Below, piece after piece: positions 1 through 12,800 of a stretch of DNA of 64,000 nt (its first letter is position 1; the number at the start of each line of letters is the position of its first letter). The notes under the pieces are model-generated. The model ran no database searches, was not told the origin of the DNA, and saw only the letters and a list, made by a program, of their open reading frames with translations. A program made the position numbers and the translations under genes. The DNA lies in NCBI GenBank assembly GCA_043228905.1, contig JBHGNT010000009.1:12400001-12464000 (forward strand). The letters run 5' to 3'. The DNA is from Azolla caroliniana. Lineage: Eukaryota; Plantae; Polypodiophyta.

Positions 1-42
1 TCCTATTCCTCGGTGGTGGCTGAGCACTGTTTTACAACAAAG

Positions 43-54
43 TGGTATCAGAGC
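43..54 (+). promoter_or_regulatory. Primer-binding site, initiator tRNA-Met
   Basis: TGGTATCAGAGC 3 nt after the LTR end. Confidence 0.93.
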
Positions 55-70
55 ACGGTTAACACAGAAA

Positions 71-3000
71 ATGGAAGGCGGCGGTAGTGGGCCTCCGGGC
101 ATGATGGTGCTGAACTCACAGAACTACGCCGACTGGAAGATAAAGATGGAAGACCTTCTCATCGTCCGAGACCTGTATGAACCGATCGACAATGCCGAGA
201 TACCCAAGGGGGTAATAGAGTCGGAGTGGAAGCTCCTGAACCGGAAAGCCGTAGCGACGATCCGGCAATATGTCGATGTAAGCGTTCTACAACATGTGGC
301 GAATGACACCAACGCATATGAGATGTGGAAGAAGCTGTCGGGCCTCTACGAGAGGAAGAATGCGTTGAACCGGACCTCCCTGATGAGGAAGATAGTGAAC
401 CTCAAGTACCGGGACGGCGAGAATATGGTTGAACACGTGAGCACGTTCATGGGACTCGTGAACCAGCTTGCGGCGATCAAGTTCCCGTTGGAGGATGCAA
501 TGCAAGCCATCATTCTGATGTGTACATTACCGGAAAGCTGGGAGAACTTGGTGGTGACTCTCAGCACCTCCTGCACCGAAGATAACTTGTCTCTACAAAC
601 GGTAAAGACAAGCATTTTGAACGAAGAAGCGCGTCGGAGAGATAAAGAACCGGTTTCCGATCCGAAGATGCTGCTTACCGAATCGGATCGGGGAAGACAA
701 TGGAACCGGAGTCCGCAAAGACGGGAGAAGTCGGGGACCCGGTCGCAGTCAAGAGGAAGGCCCACATGCTTCCACTGTGGGAAGCCGGGGCACTTCCGGA
801 AGAATTGTCGGCATTACCGAAAAGAAAACGGAGCCGACGACACCGATACGAAGAAGTCACCGGAGCGAAACGGTGCATACCGGGGAGCCACGGACCGGAG
901 ATGTCCGGATCGGCGAGGGCAGGACCGGAAAGGAACGACGGCACTCGCGGCAAGTGAAGAAGAGATAATGCTCATTACCGAAGAGAGGGAGCTGAACCTT
1001 GCCGGTGAAGAGATGACCTGGGTGGTCGATTCCGGAGCGTCGTTCCACCTGACCCCGGAGAAGAAATACTTCTCATCCTACACAGCCGGTGAGCACGGCT
1101 GTGTCCGGATGGGAAATGAAGGCACATGCCGGATTGCCGGCATAGGAGACGTGTGGCTGATGACATCAACCGGATGCAAGATGCTGCTGAAGGATGTTCG
1201 ACACGTTCCGGAGGTCCGATTGAACCTGATCTCGGCCGGGAGGCTAGATGATGAAGGCTACACGGGTAGCATCCGGAACGGTGTCATGAAGTTCAGCAAA
1301 GGGAGCCTGATAGTGGCTCGGGCCCGGAAGGTCAATACACTGTACCTGATGAATTCCCGGCTATGTCCGGAAGAGCTGAACGTGGCAGCCGACACTGCCG
1401 GTGAGCTGTGGCACAAGAGACTGTGCCACATGAGTGAGAAGGGGATGAAGAGGCTTGCCGATGACAACCTGATACCGGTAAAGCACGTACACCTGGGGAA
1501 GTGTACCGACTGTCTGGCCGGTAAGCAAAACCGGACCTCCTTCCACTCAAGGCCACCAACGAGACGTAGCGCACCATTGGAGCTGGTGCACACTGACGTG
1601 TGTCAAGTAGAGACGAAGTCACATGGCGGAGCCCAGTACTTCGTGACATTCATTGATGACCACAGCCAGAAGCTGTGGACGGCACCGTTGAAGACAAAGG
1701 ACCAAGTGTTGTGCGTCTTCAAAGAACTTCACGCGAGAGTGGAAAGGGAATCCGGCAAGAAGCTGAAAGCGATACGAGCGGATAACGGAGGGGAATACCG
1801 GGGGCAGTTCCAGGAGTACTGTCGCTCGAAGGGAATCCGGCTCGAGTTTACTGTGCCGAAGACGCCGGAACTGAACGGGCTGGCCGAGAGGATGAACCGG
1901 ACCATAATGGAGAGGGTCCGGAGTATGCTGGCGCATGCGAAATTACCCAAGGGATTTTGGGCTGAGGCAATGTCGACGGCGACGTATGTGATAAATAGAT
2001 CACCCTCAGTACCTTTGGACGGAGACACGCCGCAGAAAGTGTGGACCGGTAAGGAAGTGTCCTACCGGCATCTGAAGGTGTTCGGGTGTCTCGCATACGT
2101 GCATGTGGCAAAGGACCGGAGAGGAAAGTTAGATCCAAAGACCCGGCCATGCATATTCCTCGGTTACGGCGACGACGAGTTCGGCTACCGAGTATGGGAC
2201 CCGGTCGACAAGAAGATATTCAGGAGTCGAGATATCATCTTCATGGAGGATAAGACACTCGCCGACTGGGAGTCGGAGAAGAAGATGAAGAGCTCCAAGT
2301 CGACCGGTGAGGATCAACTCTACAAGGAGCAGTCCCGACCGGCAAGGGACCGGTTAGCACTCGAGGATCCGGCCGAAGACGGTGAAGAAACAGAACCGGC
2401 CGAGGAAGATGAAATAGATACCGGAACCGGCCCCGATCCCGAAATGGATTCGGATGAAGAGGAAACGGAGGAGCCGGTTACCGAAGCTCCGGAACGGAGA
2501 TATCCTCTAAGAGAGAGAAGGGCCCCCCGGAGATTTCCGGAACAAGAGCACGTGCTGCTAACCGACGAGGGGGAGCCGGAAAGTTTTGAAGAAGCAAAGC
2601 TTGACAACCATAGCCGCAGGTGGTTAAGTGCCATGCAGGAGGAGATGGATTCCCTGCATGAGAACCACACATATGAACTTGTGGAGTTGCCGAAAGGTAA
2701 GCGGGCACTTCGAAACAAGTGGGTGTTCAAGCTGAAACCGGGAGATGCCGGAAACCCCACGAGATACAAAGCCAGGATCGTAGTGAAGGGGTTCCAGCAG
2801 AAGAAGGGCGTCGACTTCGACGAGATATTTGCCCCGGTAGTGAAGATGACCTCCATCCGGACGGTGCTGAGCGTAGCGGCAAGCATGGACCTCGAGGTAG
2901 AACAGATGGACGTGAAGACGGCATTCCTTCACGGTGACCTCGAAGAAGAAATCTACATGCAGCAACCGGAAGGATTCGAGAAGAAAGGGAAGGAGCAACT

Positions 3001-4142
3001 GGTATGCCGGTTGAAGAAGAGCCTTTACGGACTGAAAGGCTCCCCGGCAATGGTACCGGAAGTTCGACTCCTTCATGACCGACGAAGGGTACCACAAAAC
3101 GCAGTCCGATCACTGCGTGTTTGTGAAGAAGTTCGAAGGAGGAGACTCTCTAATACTCCTCCTGTACGTGGACGACATGTTGATCGTCGGACGGGACCAG
3201 GGCAAGATACGGATGCTGAAGAAAGCACTTCACCGAACCTTCTCAATGAAGGACCTGGGTCCGGCGAGGCAAATACTAGGGATGCACATCATCCGAGACC
3301 GGAAGAAGAAGCAGTTGTGGCTGTCACAGGAGAAGTACGTAACAAAGGTGCTTCACCGGTTCAACATGTCGGAAGCAAGACCGGTCGGATCAACCCTCCC
3401 GGCAAACTGCAAGCTGTCCAGCAAGCAAAGCCCCAAGACAAAGGCTGAGAAAGAGGACATGATGAAAGTACCATATGCCTCTGCCGTCGGAAGCTTGATG
3501 TACGCAATGGTGTGTACAAGACCGGACATAGGATATGCAGTCGGAGTGGTGAGCCGGTACATGAGCAATCCCGGCAAAGAGCACTGGAACGCGGTCAAGT
3601 GGATACTCCGATACCTGAAGGGCACGACAAACGTGTGCCTCCGATTCGGCTCCGGTAAGCCCGAACTCGACGGCTTTACCGATTCGGATATGTCGGCTGA
3701 TGCAGATACCAGCCGGTCCACATCAGGGTATGTGATGACGTATGCAGGGGGAGCTGTTTCGTGGCAGTCGAGGCTGCAGAAGACGGTTGCGTTGTCAACC
3801 ACGGAGGCAGAGTACATGGCGGCTGTTGAAGCCGGCAAGGAAATAATATGGATGAAGGACTTCATTAGAGAGCTCGGTATCCGGCAAGAGGAGTACCGAC
3901 TCTACTGCGACAGTCAGAGCACCATCCACCTTGCGAAGAACGCGGCCTATCACTCCCGGACGAAGCACATCCAGCGAAGATATCACTGGATCCGGGAAAG
4001 GATAGAAGACCAGGAGTTCGTGCTGACGAAGATCCACACGGACGAGAACGGCTCAGATATGCTGACCAAAGTGCTCACACCCGACAAGTTGGAAGCATGC
4101 CGGAAGAGGATTGGATTGGAGAGACATCCCATGCCGAAGTGA
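71..4142 (+). pseudogene. gag-pol: Copia gag-pol polyprotein of A, one frameshift near 3036
   Basis: CCHC knuckle CFHCGKPGHFRKNC, protease DSGAS, integrase WHKRLCH/VHTD/DNGGE/LAERMNRT, RT YVDD, RNase H. LYGLK-QAPRQW is broken by a 2-bp deletion, joining ORFs 71-3448 and 3075-4142. Confidence 0.95.
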
Positions 4143-4152
4143 AGGGGGAGTT

Positions 4153-4568
4153 TGTTGGGATTTCGGTCCCTCCGGATGGGATGTCCCCGGAGATAAATGA
4201 CGGCAAGCCCGGTTGCGGTTACGGATGTCCCCGGAGATAAATGACGGCAAGCCCGGTTGCGGTTACGGAACCGGATGATGAAGAGTACCCGGCATGAAGC
4301 CGGATGAAGAGTACCCGGATACGGATCCGGATGATGAAGACCCCGGCTACGGAGCTGGATGCTGAAGACCCCGGCTACGGAGCCGGATGACGAATGTACT
4401 CGGAGAGAGATCCGGATGCGGGGACATGTTTGTGAATATGTTTGCCAAGAGCCCTTTGAGGCTATATTTGTAAATAGCCCGAAAGTCATATGTGTATGAA
4501 TATGACTTAGGGCAAACAGTTTAAATGTTGTTGCTCATTTTGAGAGAGAGAGAGAAAAAAGTGAGTAG

Positions 4569-4601
<33 letters not shown>

Positions 4602-4867
4602 GAAGAGGTCGTTGCCTCTGTGTACTGCCGCCGCCTGTGGCGAAGACAGTGAGCTCAAGGTTGTTGCCTTGTAGCTTCACCATTGTACATCTCTGTCTAT
4701 AGTGATAGTTGGAGTTTGAGGACTCCCGTGGTTTTTCCCCAGTTAGGGTTTTCCACGTAAAACATCCCGTGTACTCTTCTCTCTATTGTACTTCGTGCAT
4801 TTTGTATTTCCTGTTTTCTGTGAATTTATCCTATTCCTCGGTGGTGGCTGAGCACTGTTTTACAACA
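4153..4867 (+). repeat. 3' LTR of A, with 44-bp tandem duplication, short CCGG repeats and an AG microsatellite
   Basis: TG..CA ends, preceded by PPT; GGATGTCCCCGGAGATAAATGACGGCAAGCCCGGTTGCGGTTAC occurs twice at about 4179-4266. Confidence 0.93.
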
Positions 4868-7690
4868 GATTGACCCTGATATCATCCGGTCGGCTAAATG
4901 ATGAGGGCTACACGGGTAGCATCCGGAACGGTGTCATGAAGTTGTCCAACGGAAGTCTAATCGTGGCTCAAGCCTAGAAAACCAACACACTCTACATAAT
5001 GAACGCTCGAATATGCTGAAGGTAAGCAAATATGGCAGCCAACATGGTCGGTGAGCTATGGCATAGGAGGTTGTGCCATATGAGTCAGAAGGGGATACGA
5101 AAGCTTGCCAAGAACAACCTCATTCCTGAGGTGAAGAACATGCAACTTGAGAAGTGCATGGATTGCTTGGCAAGAAAGGAGAATCGAACATCCTTCCGTG
5201 CAAGGCCATCGATGAGGAAGAAAATGCCATTGGAACTCCTGCATACGGATGTATGTTATGTCGACACGAATTTTCATGGTGGTTCACAGTATTTCGTCAC
5301 CATTATTGATGACTGTAGTAGGAAGTTGTGGGCTTGCATGCTTAAGATGAAGGATCAAATGTTATCCATCTTCAAAGAGTTCCAAGCGAGGGATGAGAGG
5401 GAAACCGGCCGAAAACTTATGGCAGTCCGAGCGAACAATGGCGGAGAGTACCGTGGACCATTCGAGGAATACTGCCAAAATGAATGTATCCAGCTCGAGT
5501 ATACCATGCCGAAGACGCCAGAGCTAATTGGGTTGGCCGAGAGAATGAACCGGACCATAATGGAAAGGGTTCGAAGTATGCTTGCCCATGCTAAGTGACC
5601 AAAAACGTTTTGGGCTGAGGCATTGATGACGGCAGCATACATGATAAACTGATCACCCTTAGTACCCTTGGACAGTGATATTCCACAAAGGGTGTGGAGT
5701 GGCAAAGATTTATCATACCGATATTTGAGGGTGTTTGGCTGTCTTGCTTATGTGCATGTTGCAAAGGACCAGAGGGGGAAGTTGGACCCGAAATCTCAAT
5801 CATGCATATTTCTTGGCCATGGCAATGATGAGTTTGGCTATCAGCTATGGGACGTAACCGAGAAGAAAGTGATTAGGAGTTGCGACATTGTCTTCATGGG
5901 GAAAAGACAATAGTCGTCTGGGAGATTTAGAATAAGTCTACAACTACCGAATCGAACCTAGTCGACACTCGGCCAAATCAAGTAGAAGCCGATTCGATCG
6001 AAATCGAATCTGAGCCAATCGGCCGAGTTAATACTCGGCAAAATCAAGAACTAACTGAAGAACGAGGGGAAACGTCCGAACAAGGAACCGAATTCGAATC
6101 GGCCAAAAAAGTCGAAGAACCGACCGTGCCGAATGGAGGCCGAAGATACCCAATAAGAGGAAGGAGGGCCCCTCGATGATTTCCGAATGAAGAGTGTGTA
6201 CTGCTAACCGATGAGGGGGAGCCGGAACTCTTTGAAGAAGCTAAGGAAGATACTGACAACAAAATGTGGTTGAGTGTCATGCAAGAGGAGATGGATTCCT
6301 TGCATGAGAACAACACATGAACTGACCGAACTACCAAGAGGAAAGAAGGCATTTTGAAATAAATGGGTATACAGGTTGAAACTGGGAGATGGCAGGAATC
6401 CACCTAGGTACAAAGCACGAATCGTCGTGAAAGGCTTTCAGCAGAAGATGGGTGTTGATTTCGACGAAATATTTTCCCCAATAATAAAGATGATGTCAAT
6501 CCGAACCGTGTTGAGCACTGCAACTAACAAGCATCTGGAAGTCGAGCAATTGGATGTCAACACGACGCTACTGCATGGTAATCTCGAAGAGGAGTTCTAT
6601 ATGCACTAGTCGTAAGGATTTGTGGAGAAAGGTAAAGAGAATCTGGTATGCCGATTCAGGAAGAGCTTGTATGGGTTGAAATAAGCACCTTGGCAATGGT
6701 ACCGAAAATTTGAATCCTTCATAACCGACAACGAATACCACAAAACGTAGGCCGATCACAACGTATTTGTGAAAAATTCGATGGAGGAGATTTCCTCATC
6801 CTTCTGCTATATGTGGATAATATATTGATTGTCGGACGGGACCATACGAAGATCCAAGTGTTGAAGAAGGCCTTGAGTAGATCGTTTTCGATGAAGGATA
6901 AAGGTCTGGCAAAGCAAATCCTGGGGATGCACATTGTTCGGGATTGAACAAAGAAATTGTTGTGGTTGTCACAAGAAAAATACGTGACAAAGGTTCTCCA
7001 GATATTCGGCATGAATACCAGCCGATCCAAGTCCTAGTACATAATGACTTATGTAGGGGGAGTTGTTTCGTGGCAGTCGAGGCTGCAAAAGGCCGTGGCA
7101 TTGTCGACACTCGGCCAAATCGAGTAGAAACCGATTCAATCGAAAATGAATACAAGCCAGTCGGCAGAGTTAATACTTGGCAAAATCGAGAACCGATTGA
7201 ACAGCGAGGGGAAACAGTCGAACAAGGAACCGAATTCGAATCGGCCTACGAATTCGAAGAAGAACCGACCATGTTGAATGGAGGCCGAAGATACCCCCTA
7301 AGAGAAAGGAGGCCCCCCCGAAGATTTCCGGATGAAGAGCGTGTACTGCTAACCGATGAGGTGAAGAAATTCAACGGAGGAGGTTTCCTCATCCTTCTGT
7401 TGTACGTAGACAACATGTTGATTGTCAGACGAAACCGTACGAAGATCCAAGTGTTGAAGAAGGCCTTGAGCAAATCACTTTCAATGAAGGATATGGGTCC
7501 GGCAAGGAAAATCCTAGGGATGCACATTGTTCAGGATCGAACAAAGAAATTGGTGTGGTTGTCGTAAGAAAAATGTATGACAAAGGTGCTCTAGAGATTC
7601 GGCATGAAAAGCGCGAAACCGGTTGGCCCGACACTACCAACGAATTGCAAGCTAAGCAAAGAACAATGTCCGAAATCGAAAACCGAGAAG
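4868..7690 (+). pseudogene. pol: Degenerate copia B (family of A): integrase-RT plus an internally shuffled block; host of A
   Basis: Resumes at the LNLISAGRLDDEGY homolog right after A's LTR; ORF fragments 5032-5598, 5668-5913, 6376-6609, 6944-7567 with many stops. Confidence 0.9.
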
Positions 7691-7706
7691 TGCGAGTTGT
7701 GAAAGG

Positions 7707-10700
7707 TGTACGGAAATAATGCTCGGCCACAACCGAGTCTTCAACAAGGAATAGAAGAGAACAAACTAAAACAAAGATGACGTCAGATGTTAACATGGAA
7801 AACCCTAAATGGGAAAAACCACGGGAGCCCACAAACTCCAATTATCACTGTGAGGGGGAGGAATACAATGTGAGACTCAGAGGCAATGACCTCAAGCTTT
7901 ATGTCTTCGCCAAATCGGCGGTTAGAACAGAAAACTAGTTCTGTATCTTTCTCTCACTCTCTCTCTCTATCTCTCTGTCTATAATAATATACAAGAACAA
8001 CACACTTCTTTGATTGCCCTAAGTAATATTTATACTCATATGACCTTAGGGCTATTTACAAATATAGCCTCAATGGGCTTACTCTAACATATTTACAAAT
8101 ATTTCCTTGGATTCGGTTTGCACCAGATCCATCCTAATTCACTAATCTAGTTTCCAGGTCTCATCGGAAACCTTTCCAGAACTGGTTCCTTCATCTGGCT
8201 CGTCTGACCGAATTCCCAACAAACTCCCCCTTCACTCCGGCATGGGATTTCTCATTAATCTGATCCGTCTTCGACATGCATTTAGCTTGTCGGTTGAAAG
8301 CACCTTGGTCAACATATCCAATCCGTTCTCCTTCATGTGGATCTTCGCCAACACGAAGTCTTGATCTTCTACCTTCTCATGGATCCAATGATACCTCCAT
8401 TGGATGTGTTTCGTCCGGGAATGGTAGGCCGCATTCTTCGCAAGGTGGATGGCACTTTGATTGTCGCAGTAGAGCCAGTATTCCTCCTGTCGGATCCCTA
8501 GCTCTCTAATGAAGTCCTTCATCCATATTACTTCCTTGCCGTCTTCCACATCTGCCATATACTCCGCTTCCATTGTCGACGGTGCAATGGACTTATGCAG
8601 CCTCAACTGCCATGATACGGCTCGGCTCCCCTTGGATAAGTCATGACATATCCGGATGTAGACCGGCTGGTATCCGCATCAGTCGACATATCCGAATCCG
8701 TGAATCCGTCAAGTTCGGTTTTACCGGAGCCAAACTGGAGGCACATACTCGAGGTGCCTTTCAGATACCGGAGTATCCACTTGACCGCGTTCCAGTGCTC
8801 TCTTCCCGGGTTGCTCATGAACCGACTGACTACTCCAACAACATATGCAATATCTATCCGAGTGCACACCATTGCATACATTAAGCTTCTGACAACAATG
8901 GCATATGGTATCTTCGTCATACCCAACTTCTCTGCCTTTGTCTTCAGGCTCTGCTTTCCGAACAACTTGCAGTTTGCTGGAAGTGTCGATCCGACCGGTT
9001 TTCCTTCCGACATGTTGAACCTTTGAAGCACCTTTGTCACGTAGTTCTCCTGTGATAACCACAACAGCTTCTCCGACCGGTCCCGGATTATGTGCATCCC
9101 TAATATCTGTCTTGCCAGACCCAAATCTTTCATTGAGAAAGTCTTGTTTAGGGCCTTCTTCAGCATTCGTATCTTAACTTGGTCTCGTCCGAAGATCAAC
9201 ATGTCGTCCACATATAGGAGCAGTATCAGGAAATCTCCTCCGTCAAATTTCTTCACAAACACACAGTGATCGGCTTGCGTCTTGCGGTACCCTTGATACG
9301 TCATGAAGGAGTCGAACTTCCGATACCATTGCCAGGGGGCTTGCTTCAATCCATATAAGCTCTTCTTTAGCCGACATACCAAGTGCTCCTTCCCTTTCCT
9401 CTCAAATCGTTCCGGTTAATGCATGTAGATCTCTTCTTCGAGGTCACCATGTAGGAATGCCGTCTTGACGTCTAATTGCTCTACCTCGGGGTCCATGCTT
9501 GCCGCTATGCTCAATAATGTCCGGATGGATGTCATCTTTACTACCGGGGCAAAGATCTCATCAAAGTCCACACCTTTCTTCTGCTGGAAACCCTTCACCA
9601 TGATCCGGGCCTTGTACCTCGGTGGATTTCCTACATCTCCTGGTTTCAGCTTGTACACCCACTTATTCGAGAGTGCTCTCTTTCCTTTCGGCAGCTCCGT
9701 CAATTTATATGTGTGGTTCTCATTCAGGGAATCCATCTCGTCTTGCATGGCACTCAACCACTTGCAGTTGTGGGTGTCTTTCTTTGCTTCTTCGAAGCTT
9801 TCCGGCTCCCCCTGATTAGTCAGCAATACGTGCTCTGCATCTGGAAATCTCTAGGGGCCTCTTCTCTCTCTAAGAGGGTATCTTCGTCCCTAGTTTCTGA
9901 CTGTTGGTTCCTCCGTTTGTTCCAAATCCAAATCTGATTCAAGATCTTGTCCGGTTCCGGTGTCTTCTTCTTCCTCCTCCTCCTCCTCCTCCTCCTCTTC
10001 TTCTTCTTCTTCTTCTTCTTCTTCTTCTTCAGTTTCTTGTCCGAATTTGGCCGGTTCGTCGAGTGTCATCCAGTTACCGGCTAACATCCGGTTTTCAACT
10101 GGGTAGTTCCTTGTGTCCTCAAGACAATTTTCATTGGATGATTCGGATTTCATCACCTTCTTCTCTGACTCCTAGTCGGCAATGGTCCTATCTTCCATGA
10201 AGACTATGTCCCGACTACGGAACACCTTCTTGTCGACTAGATCCCACATTCGGTAACCGAACTCCTCATCGCTGTATCCAAGCAATATGCATGGCCTGGA
10301 CTTCAGATCCAGCTTTGCTCTCTTATCCTTTGCAACATGCACATAGGCGAGACACCCAAACACCTTCAGATGCCGGTAAGACACACGTCTTTACCGGTCC
10401 ATACTCTCTGTGGTGTGTTTCCGTCCAAGGGTGATATGTTTATCACATACGTCGTTGTCATCAGCGCCTCAGCCCAAAACGTCTTGGGTAGCTTTGCATG
10501 TGCTAGCATGCTCCGTACCCTCTCCATCATGGTCCGGTTCATCCGTTTGGCCAGCCTGATTAATTCCGGCGTCTTCGGCACGGTGAATTCGAGCCGGATT
10601 CCCTTCAATCGACAGTACTCCTCGAACTTCCCCCGGTACTCTCCTCCGTTATCTGCTTGAAGTACTTTCAGCTTCCGACCAGTTTCTCTTTCCACTCTCA

Positions 10701-11539
10701 TGTGGAGTTCCTTGAAGACAGAGAACACATGATCCTTCATCTTCAACAATGAGACCCACAGTTTTCGGTTGTGGTCATCTATGAACGTCACGAAGTACTG
10801 CGATCCTGCATCAGACTTAGTGTCCACTTGACACACATCGGTATGCACCAACTCCAGTGGTGCATTCCGTCTCATCAGTGGTCTTGACCGGAAGGAGGTT
10901 CGGTTTTGTTTGTTGGCTAAGCAATCAGTGCACTTCTCAAGATGCACGTCTTTCACCTCCGGAATGAGGTTGTCTTCGGCAAGTCTTCTCATCCCCTTCT
11001 GGCTCATATGACACAGTCTCTTGTACCACCACAGCTCACCGGTAGTGTCGGATGCTACATTCACTTCTTCCTGGCATATCTAGCCATGCATCAGGTAGAA
11101 CGTGTTGATCTTCCGGGCTCAAGCCACGATCAGGCTTCCCTTGCCGAACTTCATGACTCTGTTCCGGATCTACCTGTGTAGCCTTCATCATCTAGCCGAC
11201 CGGTTGATATCAGGTTCAACTAAGCCTCCGGAACATGTCGGACATCCTTCAACAGCAACTTGCACCCAGTTGATGTCGTCAACAACGCATCTCCTATGCC
11301 GATGATTCGGCAAGTCCTGTCATTCCCCATCCGGACACAAACGTGATCTCCTATTGTGTAGGATGAGAAGCATCTCCGGTCCGATATCAGATGGAACGAT
11401 GCTCTGGAATCGACAACACACGTTGTGTCATCGCCGACAAGGTTTAACTCATTCTCCTCGGTAATGAGCATCAGTTCTTCTTCACTTGTCGCGATTGTCG
11501 ACGTTCCCTTCCGATCCGACCCTTTCCGGTAAGAACCGT
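7707..11539 (-). mobile_element. pol: Copia C, 3' half (3' LTR 7707-8221, PPT, degenerate RH-RT-IN-PR)
   Basis: Minus-strand PPT at about 8222-8233 next to LTR TGTTGGG...GTACA; ORF pieces 8232-8606, 8603-9382, 9416-9826, 10366-11064, 11220-11585. Confidence 0.93.
9963..10030 (-). repeat. (GAA)n(GAG)n trinucleotide tract encoding poly-Glu in the integrase-RT linker
   Basis: TTC/TCC run on the plus strand; about 22 Glu in ORF 9890-10156. Confidence 0.95.
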
Positions 11540-12800
11540 TGTCGTGAAGATCCGTCACTACGTGCGGATCGTGAGGCGTAACCACCGGGGTCCTGGACCG
11601 GAAGGATTCGAAGTTTGCACTAACTTTAGTGAGAAAGTATTTAAGATAGATTGAGAGAGATTGATATGACGAAAGAGAGATATTGAGATAAAGACTGAAC
11701 TTTTAACTTTTAGATTTAAGAGAGAAGATACATCAACAATAGGATTACAAGTTTCTTATTTTTCCCAATTTTTTCATTAGTTTCATTTACTTGAATCCTC
11801 CACTCTTTTATAGATGCCCCCATGCATATGGTGCATGTGAGGGTGCAAGACATGCACGTAATGCATAAAATTCATGCAATGCATGCTTTCCATGTCATCA
11901 TCTAAGCTCTCATGTATGAGAATTTACATGTAAAAGTATAATGATAAAAATATAGCTTCTAAGGAAATGACTTGGTTGAGTGGTAAGTATATTGCATCCT
12001 ATCTTGGAGGTGCAAGGTTTAAGCCTTGCTCATATCCCTTTTAAAACACAAAATACTACTAGGCTTTTGGTTTTGTATTTACATCGAAAATCTTCAAAAC
12101 ACCATGCACCACAATCAATAGACCGATCCGTCTATTCGGTCCCGACTAGTTCAATCCAATCCCGGTTGCCGTCTCGCTGGCCCCATCCTATCACCATCTA
12201 GTTTCGGTCGGCCAAACCCTTTACAAGTAGTTAGGCCACACCCATTTATCCAATTAGTTTACATCGAAAATCTTCAAAACACCATGCACCACAATCAACC
12301 GACCGATCCGTCTATTCGGTCCCGACTAGTTCAATCCAATCCCGATTGCCGTCTCGTTGGCCCCATCCAATCGCCGTCTAGTTTTAGTCGGCCAAACCCT
12401 TTACAAGTAGTTAGGCCACACCCATTTATCTGATTAATTTACCTCAAGTCACCTTGAACATTCTATGATCCACTCATAGACACAAAGCAATAGATTTTGG
12501 CGCTGCTTATATACTCTTGGATACTTATTTGTTCTATCTATGTGGGATATCTCGTAGTTTTGTTTTTTCTTTTCTTCTTCGCAAACTTCATACCCACATA
12601 ACTTGTCATTTAGTTGTCTGTTTCTTATGTGGTAAAGTGTATTCAAAAGTTCTTGAAGACCTCCATCTTTTGTACCAAGATATTAAACTAGTATAAAATA
12701 GTATCTTCACTATTATTGTTTTATGTTGTGTGTGAAGAACCACACTCGATTTTGTACATTCCATTCAATTTTCCCACCATTGGCAAAAATCTTTACGACA
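11540..12800 (-). repeat. 3' LTR of Gypsy D, with a 180-bp internal tandem duplication
   Basis: TGTCGT...ACGACA termini; minus-strand PPT GGTGGGGGTGGA at 12801-12812; reverse-complement match to 46822-47893. Confidence 0.92.

Larger units (their letters stand above)
1..4867 (+). mobile_element. Ty1/copia LTR retrotransposon A (Tnt1/Tork-like), near intact; 5' LTR cut by window start
   Basis: Bases 1-39 match the end of the 3' LTR (4829-4867). PBS TGGTATCAGAGC at 43-54, gag-PR-IN-RT-RH order, PPT AAGGGGGAG 4142-4150, 3' LTR TGTTG...CAACA. Confidence 0.96.

Noticed and set aside
3030-3050. Programmed frameshift in A
   Set aside because: It falls inside the conserved RT motif LYGLKQAPRQW with no slippery site; relatives are in frame here.
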